Assembly: GCA_963675665.1 (NCBI GenBank)
Contig: OY776510.1
Location: forward strand, 4,768,001 to 4,832,000
Direction: 5' to 3'
DNA from: Spirochaetia bacterium
GTDB lineage: Bacteria; Spirochaetota; Spirochaetia; UBA9216
DNA: 64,000 nt
Shown here: piece by piece, positions 46,905 to 56,419 of the stretch
How the letters are laid out: each line of letters begins with the position of its first letter
Numbering within the stretch: the first letter of the stretch is position 1
The notes under the pieces: model-generated
Database searches by the model: none
What the model was told of the DNA's origin: nothing
The model's input: the letters and a program-made list of their open reading frames with translations, nothing else
Program-made: the position numbers and the translations under genes

Positions 46905-47696
46905 TCAATCCATAAATTTCGGTTGATTGGTATGGGCAGTAAGCGCCCCGTCAACAGCAATATTGGTTCCGCTTACAAAGCCTGCCAGGTCGGAGGCCAG
47001 AAAAAGGACAACTTTGGCGACATCTTCAGGTTCGGCAATTCGTCCCATCGGATACTGTGCTCTGAATATTGAATCACATTTCTCTTCTCCTATGGAAGCA
47101 GCACATGCATCATACATTGCAGTTCTCATTGAACCGGGACAAACTGCATTTACTCTAATATTATCTTTTGCATGATCCAGCGCCATTGCCCTTGTCATGT
47201 TCGTAACAGCACCCTTGGAGGTATTATATGCTACGCAGGCGTAATCTCCAAACAAACCGGATACTGATGAAGTATTTATAATTGAGCCGCCGCCCCGTTT
47301 TCTCATCTGCGGAATAAAAGCCCGCGAAGTAAAAAAGAAACCTCTGACATTAACTGCATTCACAATATCCCATTCGGCTGTTGTAGTATTTTCAGCTTCA
47401 GCTCCTTTCAGAATGCCTGCATTATTGAACAGAACATCACACCCGCCAAATTCCGTCTCAACATAATCAGCAACTGAATTGACTTCGTCTTCTTTCGAAA
47501 TATCTGATTTAATGAAAATAATTTTACCGCTGCTTTCTGATTTAAGTTTCTCTGAAAGAGCTTTTCCGGCACTCTCATTGAGACCGGTAAAAATAACATT
47601 TGAACCTTCACGGGCAAATAAGTTTACAGATGCTGCCCCCAGACCGGATTCACCGCCTATAACAACAACATTCTTTCCCTTCAATCCTGATTCCAT
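46905..47696 (-). CDS. Short-chain dehydrogenase/reductase
   Basis: GGESGLG, NNAG, YNTSK, VCPG. Confidence 0.92.
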   Translation of the reverse strand: MESGLKGKNVVVIGGESGLGAASVNLFAREGSNVIFTGLNESAGKALSEKLKSESSGKIIFIKSDISKEDEVNSVADYVETEFGGCDVLFNNAGILKGAEAENTTTAEWDIVNAVNVRGFFFTSRAFIPQMRKRGGGSIINTSSVSGLFGDYACVAYNTSKGAVTNMTRAMALDHAKDNIRVNAVCPGSMRTAMYDACAASIGEEKCDSIFRAQYPMGRIAEPEDVAKVVLFLASDLAGFVSGTNIAVDGALTAHTNQPKFMD

Positions 47697-47710
47697 CTGT
47701 CTCTCCTTTT

Positions 47711-48643
47711 TTATTTTCGTTTTAGAAGTTCAAACGCCTTGACTTTCACATTGGCGGCTGTCAGCCCGTAAGCTTCCTGAAGCCATGCAACATCTCCGAC
47801 CTGGCCGAACAGATCGTTTATACCCACACGGGCCATTGGAGTGGGCAAGTTTTCACCAAGAACCTCTGCAACCGCAGAACCGAGACCGTTAATCACCTGG
47901 TGGTTCTCACAGGTTACTATCGCTCCCGTTTTTTCGGCATATTCTATAATCAGTTCAGCATCTATCGGTTTGATCGTATGCATATCGATCACTGCAGCCG
48001 ACACCCCTTCTTTCTCAAGCTCGGCTGCCGCTTTTACCGCCTCCGGGACCATCACGCAGCCGCTTGCTATTATGGTAAGATCACTTCCATCCTTTATAAC
48101 TTTCCCTTTACCCAGCCTAAAAACCTCACCGTCGCTGTAAACTGCCGGGCTTGCCTTCCGGTTCAGCCGCATATAGGTGCATCCTTTATGGTCTTTTGCC
48201 TGAGGAACAAGCGCAGCAAGAGATGCTCCGTCGCAGGGTTCATATACAACCAGCCCGGGGATATTTCTCATAAGGCCAATATCCTCAAAAGGCATATGTG
48301 TTCCGCCGTTAAGCGCCGCAAGAATACCGGGATCGGAACCAACAAGGTTTACATTCTGCTGCGCGTAGTTACCGGACAGGAAAAACTGGTCGTATGCCCG
48401 GCGCGCGGCAAAACATGCAAAAGTTGAGGCAAAAGGAATCTTTCCCGTCGCAGATAATCCCGAGGCTATACCTACCATATTGGCTTCAGCTACTCCGCAG
48501 TTTACTATTCTGTCCGGATAGGCCTCCTTGAACGGTGTAGTTCCGGTTGCCCTCATAAGGTCCGCTTCCAGAAGGACTATTCGTTCATCTTCCTTTGCAA
48601 GCTCAATAAGTGTTTCGGTAAATACCGCTCTCATTTCTTTCAT
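47711..48643 (-). CDS. Transketolase C-terminal subunit (split transketolase)
   Basis: GVAEANMVG, GGTHM, TIKPID, ENH..INGLGS. Confidence 0.93.
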   Translation of the reverse strand: MKEMRAVFTETLIELAKEDERIVLLEADLMRATGTTPFKEAYPDRIVNCGVAEANMVGIASGLSATGKIPFASTFACFAARRAYDQFFLSGNYAQQNVNLVGSDPGILAALNGGTHMPFEDIGLMRNIPGLVVYEPCDGASLAALVPQAKDHKGCTYMRLNRKASPAVYSDGEVFRLGKGKVIKDGSDLTIIASGCVMVPEAVKAAAELEKEGVSAAVIDMHTIKPIDAELIIEYAEKTGAIVTCENHQVINGLGSAVAEVLGENLPTPMARVGINDLFGQVGDVAWLQEAYGLTAANVKVKAFELLKRK

Positions 48644-49482
48644 TATACCGTCTCCTTCTCAAGCACAGCTACGGCATCCTCTGCTTCTTTCAAATCGAAC
48701 TTCATGTTGTGGCTTGCTACCTGCCCTTCTCCCGGAGCAAAACCTTTCGCTTTTACCGTATCAAGAATTATCATCGACGGCCTCTGAGACTCAGCCTGTG
48801 CATTCTGCACTGCCCAATCCAGTTCCCTGAAATCATGGCCGCTTACCCGCTGTACATACCAGCCGAAGGACAGCCATTTTGATGTAATATCCGAAATGTC
48901 CATTACCTCGTGCATATAACCGTCAAGTTCCATCTTGTTGTAGTCGGTAAAAGCAATAAGATTGCCGAGTTTAAACTGGGCGCCGGCCATTGCAGCTTCC
49001 CAGATTTGACCTTCATTACTTTCGCCGTCGCCTATTATCGTATAAATTGTGTTGTGATATCCGTTCATCCGATCACCTAGCGCCATGCCGATCGAACATG
49101 AAAATCCCTGCCCTAAAGACCCGGTCGTCATATCAATTCCGGGCGTCAGGTTCATGTCGCAATGGCTCGGCAGCCTGGAACCGCCCTTATTCAGCGTTTC
49201 AAGCCAGGATTCGGGGAAATATCCCTTGTCGGCAAGAATGCTGTACAACGAGGGGCCGGCATGACCTTTCGACAGTACAAGCTTGTCCCTGTCAGGTCTT
49301 TTCGGATTGTTCACATCGATGTTCATATGCCTATAGTACAGCAGAGTCAGCGTATCCACTATCGACATCGCTCCCCCTATGTGCCCTACACCGAGGTTTC
49401 CCATTGATAAAATCGTCATTTTTCGTATCTGTTTTGCTTTGGTTTTCAGCTCCGATACATCTTTTTCCGTCAGCATTTCCAT
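48643..49482 (-). CDS. Transketolase N-terminal subunit (split transketolase)
   Basis: GHIGGAMS, LSKGH, TGSLGQG, GDGE..EG..WEA...DYN ThDP motif. Confidence 0.93.
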   Translation of the reverse strand: MEMLTEKDVSELKTKAKQIRKMTILSMGNLGVGHIGGAMSIVDTLTLLYYRHMNIDVNNPKRPDRDKLVLSKGHAGPSLYSILADKGYFPESWLETLNKGGSRLPSHCDMNLTPGIDMTTGSLGQGFSCSIGMALGDRMNGYHNTIYTIIGDGESNEGQIWEAAMAGAQFKLGNLIAFTDYNKMELDGYMHEVMDISDITSKWLSFGWYVQRVSGHDFRELDWAVQNAQAESQRPSMIILDTVKAKGFAPGEGQVASHNMKFDLKEAEDAVAVLEKETV

Positions 49483-49488
49483 AACTCA

Positions 49489-50481
49489 CTACTTCCTGTA
49501 CAGAAACCAGCCGTCATTCTCATTTCCGCCGGTTTCTTCCTTATATGTTTTGGTTCCCGAGCCTCCAACGTTAACTGTAAAGCCCCGGGTTTCTGCAAGC
49601 GAAACGCAAAACGCAAGCTGCGCAGCATTTTCTTCTTTCCTGTCCTTCAGCCGATACTCATAATCAAGCATTTCATACTTTGACGAGCCTATCTGATGAA
49701 ACGGCATCAGGTGTATTTCTTTTACTCTGTCCAAACTTTCACAGATATCAAGTATTCCGCTGAATTCAGTCTTGTCATCATTAACTCCCGGTATCAGGGG
49801 TATTCGGGGAATTATCTCTATGTTATGTCTCGAAGCTTTCTTTAAATTTGAATAAATCAGTCTTTTATCCGTTCCAATCCATTTGCGGTGCAAATCGTTA
49901 TTGGCAAGCTTGATGTCATAAAGCAAAAGATCGGTAACGGGTAAAATCTTCTCAAAACTTTCCCACGGCACATGTCCGCAGGTTTCAACAGCTGTACCGA
50001 ACCCTTTCTTCCTAATCACACTGAATACGTCAAAGACAAAATCAGGGTATAGCAGCGGTTCGCCGCCGCTGAACGTAATGCCTCCGCCGGTATTTCTGTA
50101 GACGACTTCATCCTTAAGCACTGTTTCACAGACCGCCTCGGGGCTGTAAAGGCTTCCGGACATCTTGCGGGCGCCGAAATAACAGACATCTGTACATGCT
50201 CCGCAGTCTGTACAGACTGATCGATCTGTAACGGCAATTCCGTTTTTCATTTCTATTGCATTCGCAGGGCAAACTGAAACACAAGCTCCGCAGCCGGTGC
50301 AGAGTGCATTATTCATCATCAGAACAGCAGTATGCCTGAAGGTTTCGGGGTTCTGGCACCAGCTGCACCGCAACGGACATCCTAGAAAAAATACTGTGGT
50401 TCTTATCCCGGGGCCGTCGTGAACCGAGAACCTTTGAATGTTTGATATATAGACTGAATCAGACACAGCCGCCCTTATCAA
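49489..50481 (-). CDS. Glycyl-radical enzyme activase (radical SAM with ferredoxin insert)
   Basis: HDGPGIRT, GCPLRCSWCQNPE, CTGCGACVSVCP and CTDCGACTDVC, SGGEP; GTG 50466 is an alternative start. Confidence 0.95.
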   Translation of the reverse strand: MIRAAVSDSVYISNIQRFSVHDGPGIRTTVFFLGCPLRCSWCQNPETFRHTAVLMMNNALCTGCGACVSVCPANAIEMKNGIAVTDRSVCTDCGACTDVCYFGARKMSGSLYSPEAVCETVLKDEVVYRNTGGGITFSGGEPLLYPDFVFDVFSVIRKKGFGTAVETCGHVPWESFEKILPVTDLLLYDIKLANNDLHRKWIGTDKRLIYSNLKKASRHNIEIIPRIPLIPGVNDDKTEFSGILDICESLDRVKEIHLMPFHQIGSSKYEMLDYEYRLKDRKEENAAQLAFCVSLAETRGFTVNVGGSGTKTYKEETGGNENDGWFLYRK

Positions 50482-52810
50482 ACCTTTTGATTATATTATC
50501 CTGCTGTACCGGCGACATTGCTATAAAGTAGGCTGAAAGTCCGCCCATCCTCACACGAAGGTCCCTGTGCATTTCGGGATTTTCTTTCGCATCTTTCAAA
50601 TCTTCAACGTTTGTACTTGTTACCGTAAGTATCTGCCCCCCGAGATCGCAGAAAGACTTTATAAGTCCGTTCAGCCTGTCGATGCCGGCCTCGCCTTCAA
50701 ATTCATTCGAATTGATTGCAAGATCAAGCGGACAACCGCTGTAATATTTCAACAGAATCGGTTTCGTAATACTTTTAATGACTGCTGTAGGCCCTTCAAT
50801 ATCAGCTCCAGGATTGGGAGAATAGTTCGGAGCAAGCTGGGCCCCGTTTGTTCTGCCGTCTGCGGAAGCGGCAATACCCCGTCCAAGTACGGCATAATTC
50901 TCAAATGTTCCGATACCGACCGGAAACTTCATTGTATCCTGCTTTTTATTCCAGCGGGCCACACTGTCTTCAAAATCCTTCATAACCCGGATTCCAAGAG
51001 TATCAACAAAATCAATATCATTACCGAATTTTGGAACTTCATTAATAACCCGGGCCCTCAGACGTTCAAACCCTTTCCAGTTGTTCCGTATGGCTTCTAT
51101 AAGCTCTTTAAGGCTGACCGACTTGTCTTCAAAAACCAGCTTCTTTATTACAGCAAGCGAATCTACCGTATTCGACAGGCCTGTGATAAGAATCTGATGA
51201 AAGATGAACCTTGCCCCGTCCTGGCTGAGGTCTTTTCCTTTGTCAATACAGTCGTCAACAATTGACGACATGAGAGGATCGGGTGCTATCATATATGAAA
51301 GACCGAAATTCTCAAGTCTGCGATGACATTGAAAATCTATTCTTGCATCTACCTGCTTTTTATAAGCCGCATAGAATTCTTCAAAATTTTCGAGTTTTTC
51401 CGGATCCCCTGTATCAAGTCCTTCCGCAGCATCTCTGAGCAGACTTTTCCCTCTGAAAAGCACCCATTCAAGGCACTGCAGATTCATAACATGAGCATAA
51501 CTGAAATAACTCTTTCCGGGGATGAGAGTTTCCCAGCACCCGTCGTTTGTATAATGCCTTGCATCTTCAACCGGAACCCCGATATCAACAAATCCGGGCA
51601 CTATGAAATCATCGTTATAAATCATCGGCTCGCCCTGTCCGTAACGCAGGACTTCTGCTATCTTGCGCCTGAATGATTCAGGGCAGTTTTTATGAACTCG
51701 GGCGCCCATTGTAGGCATTAAAAGCTTCATATCATGCATAATGTCAAGAATGAGATAAGAAAGCTCGTTGGTTACATCATTTCCGTCGGAATCAGTACCT
51801 CCGACTATACAATTCATCAGCCAGTCGTTGCCGGACTGCCCGTAATTAAAGTTTGCTTCAGAATCATCGTCCTCATCGTCCTGCCAGGTTAGCCCCCGCT
51901 GGTCGTAACCTCCGGTAATTGTTTTTGCCGCTGCTTCATCCGGCACATTTCCCTGTGAGAACAGCCCGAAAGTATAATGATTTTCGGCTTTACGGGTATC
52001 GGTTATTATCCTTTCGTTACATTTGACGAGAAAACTTCCGATTATATCAATCGCCTTTTCTTCGGTTATCCGGCCTTCTTCAAGATCCCTTTTAAAATAC
52101 GGATAAAGATACTGGTCGGCCCTTCCGAGCGGAACATATTCACCTCCGCTATTTACAAGGCAATAAGTGAACCAGTATGCCTGGGCTGCTTCCTGCAGAG
52201 TTTCTGATGGATTCTCAGGCACCTTTCGACAGATTGCAGCCATTTCAAGAAGCTCAGCCTTTCTAACAGGGTCTTCTTCTTCACGCGCCAAAGTTTCGGC
52301 GGCGGCCGCATGGCGATTAGCGAAAGCTACAAGCCCGTCAAGAGCAACCAGCATTGCACGGTATTCAGTCAGAGCTTCTTCGTTCGGTTCTGCAGCAGCC
52401 TTCCGGACTTCAGCAGCAGCGTTAATTTTTGCGCGCACGCTGACGACACCGTCATTAATAATTTCCCACCATTTAGGAGGATGATGTCCCCATACTGAAG
52501 CTTCATTCAGCATATACCTCGAGGCCTGAAAACCTTCCTCTTCGGTATAATAGATAGGCATTATCGTACCCCATCCGACTGAATTCTGATTGGGATTGCC
52601 GCAAATAAGCTCATCATCCTTAATAATTGCCGGAAGATGCTCGCCCATATATTTCTGGGCCATTGCCTTGCGGACTACAAGAGGTTCTTTTTCAAGCTCA
52701 CTGTTTCCATCCAGAATGTTCACATCCAGAAAATGCCAGGTGCCGGGATCATGATACTCGACATCAAACAGCCTTTTCTGAATTTTTTTTAGCCGTGAAG
52801 TAAGATCCAT
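50459..52810 (-). CDS. Glycyl radical enzyme (PFL superfamily) of unknown activity
   Basis: 783 aa; GRADQYLYPY, Cys loop DGCWE, PKFGND, ASADGR, Gly loop LRVRMGGLSAYF; coupled to the activase. Confidence 0.93.
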   Translation of the reverse strand: MDLTSRLKKIQKRLFDVEYHDPGTWHFLDVNILDGNSELEKEPLVVRKAMAQKYMGEHLPAIIKDDELICGNPNQNSVGWGTIMPIYYTEEEGFQASRYMLNEASVWGHHPPKWWEIINDGVVSVRAKINAAAEVRKAAAEPNEEALTEYRAMLVALDGLVAFANRHAAAAETLAREEEDPVRKAELLEMAAICRKVPENPSETLQEAAQAYWFTYCLVNSGGEYVPLGRADQYLYPYFKRDLEEGRITEEKAIDIIGSFLVKCNERIITDTRKAENHYTFGLFSQGNVPDEAAAKTITGGYDQRGLTWQDDEDDDSEANFNYGQSGNDWLMNCIVGGTDSDGNDVTNELSYLILDIMHDMKLLMPTMGARVHKNCPESFRRKIAEVLRYGQGEPMIYNDDFIVPGFVDIGVPVEDARHYTNDGCWETLIPGKSYFSYAHVMNLQCLEWVLFRGKSLLRDAAEGLDTGDPEKLENFEEFYAAYKKQVDARIDFQCHRRLENFGLSYMIAPDPLMSSIVDDCIDKGKDLSQDGARFIFHQILITGLSNTVDSLAVIKKLVFEDKSVSLKELIEAIRNNWKGFERLRARVINEVPKFGNDIDFVDTLGIRVMKDFEDSVARWNKKQDTMKFPVGIGTFENYAVLGRGIAASADGRTNGAQLAPNYSPNPGADIEGPTAVIKSITKPILLKYYSGCPLDLAINSNEFEGEAGIDRLNGLIKSFCDLGGQILTVTSTNVEDLKDAKENPEMHRDLRVRMGGLSAYFIAMSPVQQDNIIKRFDKGGCV

Positions 52811-52831
52811 TGTTACCTCCTTGGAATTCAG

Positions 52832-53803
52832 CTATTTAATCGATAAATGCCGGCTTGACCGATCGACAGTCAGATAAACCGCAAGAATCACTATAAAGCC
52901 GAAAACAACCTGCTGCCAAAAAGTATCGACACCTACAACCTGCATACCGTTATTGATTATGGTAACAACTGCCACGCCTATAATGGTTCCAAGCACACCG
53001 CCCTTTCCGCCTGACAACGCTGTGCCTCCCAAAGCAACAGCGGCAACAGCCATCAGAGTGAACGGTTCACCTACTGTCGGGATCCCGCTTTTGAGTTTGG
53101 CTGAAAGAAGGATTCCCATACCCGCACTTCCGATACCGCATACAGTAAAAACCATCATTTTTGTAAAGTTAATCCTGACGCCCGCCATTCTTGCACCGCG
53201 CTCATTTGCCCCGATTGCATAGATGTATTTACCCAGCTTTGAGTAATTCAGCAGAATGTAACATATTGCAACAATGCTCAGAGCAACAATCAGCACAAGC
53301 GGGAAGAATCCGAATTTAATTTTCGACCAGTTTATAAAATTCCAGAGTTTCAGGTTTATCTGGACCGGTGCGCCGTGCGAGATAACATAGGCAACCGACT
53401 GCCAGACAGACATCGCGCCGAGAGTTGCGATAAACGACGGAATCTTTACCCTTGTATACACTATTCCGTTGATAAGCCCTGCGACAACTCCGAAGGCTAA
53501 TGCCCATAGATATGCCATTGCACCCCAGTGCGGCAGCGTAATTGCGAAAATGACGGAGGCACATGATGCTATGGAACCGATAGAAAGATCTATAGACCCG
53601 ATGAGCAGTACCATGGTTACACCGCAACCCATTACCAGCAGCGGCCCCATATCAGTAAGCAAATTCTTGATATTGAATAAACTTAAAAAGTTTTTATTAA
53701 TAATGGTGAATACTGCAACCAGAATAATTATCGCAAACAACGAAATATAATCCATGAAATTTTTACGTATTGCACCCTCTTTCTGAAACGCCTTTATCAT
53801 CAA
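52832..53803 (-). CDS. Sugar ABC permease
   Basis: GSIDLSIGS, IPSFIATLG, AVALGGTALSGG. Confidence 0.92.
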   Translation of the reverse strand: MMIKAFQKEGAIRKNFMDYISLFAIIILVAVFTIINKNFLSLFNIKNLLTDMGPLLVMGCGVTMVLLIGSIDLSIGSIASCASVIFAITLPHWGAMAYLWALAFGVVAGLINGIVYTRVKIPSFIATLGAMSVWQSVAYVISHGAPVQINLKLWNFINWSKIKFGFFPLVLIVALSIVAICYILLNYSKLGKYIYAIGANERGARMAGVRINFTKMMVFTVCGIGSAGMGILLSAKLKSGIPTVGEPFTLMAVAAVALGGTALSGGKGGVLGTIIGVAVVTIINNGMQVVGVDTFWQQVVFGFIVILAVYLTVDRSSRHLSIK

Positions 53804-53811
53804 CAGGCCTC

Positions 53812-55338
53812 CTACATCATGTGCTTGATGATATCAAGCTGCTCAGGTTTATTATTCTTTGAGGCATCGATTTCCTGAGTAATCACACCATCTTTCATGA
53901 CAATTATTCTATTGCTCAGCCCGATTGATTCATCAAGCGTATCTCCAAGCAGAATAACTGACAGCCCCCTGTTCGCCATTTCTCTTATCAGTTCGTAAAT
54001 TTCCTCTTTTGCACCTACATCAACACCACGCGTCGGGTGATTAAGGATCAGAACCTTGCTGTCGGAGGCCAGCATTCTCGCAAATACAATCTTCTGTGCA
54101 TTTCCGCCCGAAAGCGAACTGACTTCTTCATTATAATCAGTACATTTAACATTAAGGGTATCTATCCAATGCTGTGAAATTTCCTGCTGTTTCTTTTTGG
54201 AAATAAGCAGTCCGCTCTTCGCTGCGTCAAGGTTTGCAATTGTAATATTTTCAAGGATGCTGAGAAGTCCGAGAATCCCCTCTTCTCTCCGCTCTTTCGG
54301 TACCGAAAGTATCCCTTTCTTCAGCGCATCATGCGGTTCGGAAAATTTTACATCCTTTCCTTCAAATTTTATTCTTCCTCTCGACGGAGCAATGTCTCCT
54401 GAAAGTATTGAACATACATCCTCTTTTCCGGATCCTACAACACCACAGAAACCCAGAATTTCGCCTTTATGCAGTTTAAATGAAACGTCCTTGAATCTTC
54501 CTGTAAGCCCGATATTATCGACTTCCAGAACAACATCTTCCTGAGGATCCGACTGATCGGCGATCTTAAAGTACTCACCGGTACTGGAGCGTCCTACCAT
54601 CAGCTCATACAGCTTGTTCTCCGTCACATCATCTCTTTCAAGCTCGCCTACCCTGTAACCGTCCTTGAATACATAAACACGGTCCGATATCTCCATAATT
54701 TCATCAAGACGATGAGAAACAAATATTATTGAGTGCCCCTCATTCTTCAGTTTTCTGATCTCGGTAAAAAGCGTCTGGATTTCAGCATCACTCAATACAG
54801 AAGTCGGTTCATCAAGCAGAATGAGTGAATTTTCCTCACTGCTGGCCCTTGCCGCATTCAGAACCTTTGATATTTCAACCATCTGCCTGCGGGCAAAGTT
54901 AAGGTCCTTAATCTTGGTTTCGGGTTTGATATTAGTGATACCTACATCGCCGAGAACCTTGGAGGCTTTCTGATACATTGCCCTCCAGTTTACAAATCCG
55001 CCTTTCAGAAACTTTTTTTCTTCACCAAAGAAGATATTCTGCCCGACAGTAAGGTTGGATACAAGCGACTGTTCCTGAAAAACCATACCCACGCCCATTT
55101 TATTACCTTCACGAGGTTTTTTTGGAGCGTATTTACGACCGCGCATCTCCATTGAACCGTTTGAAGGCGGCTGAACACCAATAAGGATTTTAAGAAGCGT
55201 AGATTTACCGGCGCCGTTCTCTCCGACAAGCCCCACGATCTCTCCCTTTTTAATGTCCATCGATACACCCTGAAGCGCTTTGGTACCGGGGAAAAATTTC
55301 GAAACATTATTTACTTTAAATAGTACATTATCCGACAT
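53812..55338 (-). CDS. Sugar ABC ATP-binding protein
   Basis: GENGAGKST, LSGGNAQK, second Walker B variant LILNHPTRG. Confidence 0.92.
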   Translation of the reverse strand: MSDNVLFKVNNVSKFFPGTKALQGVSMDIKKGEIVGLVGENGAGKSTLLKILIGVQPPSNGSMEMRGRKYAPKKPREGNKMGVGMVFQEQSLVSNLTVGQNIFFGEEKKFLKGGFVNWRAMYQKASKVLGDVGITNIKPETKIKDLNFARRQMVEISKVLNAARASSEENSLILLDEPTSVLSDAEIQTLFTEIRKLKNEGHSIIFVSHRLDEIMEISDRVYVFKDGYRVGELERDDVTENKLYELMVGRSSTGEYFKIADQSDPQEDVVLEVDNIGLTGRFKDVSFKLHKGEILGFCGVVGSGKEDVCSILSGDIAPSRGRIKFEGKDVKFSEPHDALKKGILSVPKERREEGILGLLSILENITIANLDAAKSGLLISKKKQQEISQHWIDTLNVKCTDYNEEVSSLSGGNAQKIVFARMLASDSKVLILNHPTRGVDVGAKEEIYELIREMANRGLSVILLGDTLDESIGLSNRIIVMKDGVITQEIDASKNNKPEQLDIIKHMM

Positions 55339-55347
55339 ATCTTCCCC

Positions 55348-56358
55348 CTATTTCATTATTGTTCCGCGACCCCGGGTTACGGAGAGAGAAACAGCGATTA
55401 TAATTATTATCCCCTGAATAGCCGCCTGAAAATACGGATCAACTCCCATCAGGACCAGTCCGTTCTGCAGTACCGTTACTATCAGGGCACCAAGCAGCGT
55501 ATTCATTACACCGCCTTTACCGCCCGACAAGGCCGTTCCGCCAACAACAATTGCAGTCATAACCGGAAAAAGGTTTCCTTTGCCGACCAGAACCGTTCCG
55601 CGGCCCAGTCTTGCGGAACCTATGATTCCGCCGAGACCTATGCACAACCCTGACCATGTAAAAGCAAGAATTTTAACTCTGTCTACATTTATACCAGCCT
55701 GACGCGGAATCGATTCATCATCACCAATGGCATAAACATAGCGTCCGAAAGGAGTGTATTCCTGTAAAATATATGCAATTATAAATACCACAAATGCTAT
55801 CCATGTCAGAATGGGAATTCCGAGAAATTTATTCAACGCAATCCCTCTGAACATACTATCCTGAATTGTAGCAGGTATTCCGCTGTAAGTAATAAGCGCA
55901 ATGCCGGCCGCAACACTGGACATGCCGAATGACACCATAAAGGAAGGGATTTTTGCCTTCACCTGGATAAAACCTGTAACAAATCCGGCGGCTGCTCCTA
56001 TCAGGACAGTTATCACTATTCCCATCAACCCAAGATCCATTGCAGTTTTTGTATTTGCTACAAGAAGACTGACGACAGCCGCTGTCAGCCCCATGACCCC
56101 GTCTACCGATAAATCAATACTTCCCATCAGAACAACAAAAGTAACCCCAAGCGAAACTATCAGCGGTACTGAAAGCTGAGCCAGTATTGTTATAAAATTT
56201 GTACCGGATATAAAATCTTTATTTAAAATACCAAAAATACCGATTATTACGAGCAGTACAATAATCGGTGCTATCTGGGTAACTCTGTTACGCTGATTTT
56301 CGCGTTTTACCCTTGCCGCAAACTCTTCAGCTATCGACAAATCAGTAGCATTACTCAT
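55348..56358 (-). CDS. Sugar ABC permease
   Basis: GSIDLSV, IPSFM, AIVVGGTALSGG. Confidence 0.92.
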   Translation of the reverse strand: MSNATDLSIAEEFAARVKRENQRNRVTQIAPIIVLLVIIGIFGILNKDFISGTNFITILAQLSVPLIVSLGVTFVVLMGSIDLSVDGVMGLTAAVVSLLVANTKTAMDLGLMGIVITVLIGAAAGFVTGFIQVKAKIPSFMVSFGMSSVAAGIALITYSGIPATIQDSMFRGIALNKFLGIPILTWIAFVVFIIAYILQEYTPFGRYVYAIGDDESIPRQAGINVDRVKILAFTWSGLCIGLGGIIGSARLGRGTVLVGKGNLFPVMTAIVVGGTALSGGKGGVMNTLLGALIVTVLQNGLVLMGVDPYFQAAIQGIIIIIAVSLSVTRGRGTIMK

Positions 56359-56383
56359 TTTTTAGAACCTCCATAAAAACTGT

Positions 56384-56413
56384 TGAACAGGCCCCGTTTC
56401 CGGGACCTGTTCA
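56384..56413 (-). terminator. Stem-loop 3' of the SBP gene (stabiliser or attenuator)
   Basis: TGAACAGG.CCCG-TTTC-CGGG.CCTGTTCA. Confidence 0.55.
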
Positions 56414-56419
56414 GAGATG

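Noticed and set aside
47711-49482. Assigning the transketolase to sulfoglycolysis (SqwGH) or apiose catabolism (AptAB)
   Set aside because: No sulfoquinovosidase, SQ isomerase, SqwI, apiose isomerase or kinase in the operon; cannot be supported without a search.
50459-52810. Calling the GRE pyruvate formate-lyase
   Set aside because: It has a single Cys (GCWE) rather than the PFL Cys-Cys pair, and its activase carries a ferredoxin insert absent from PflA.
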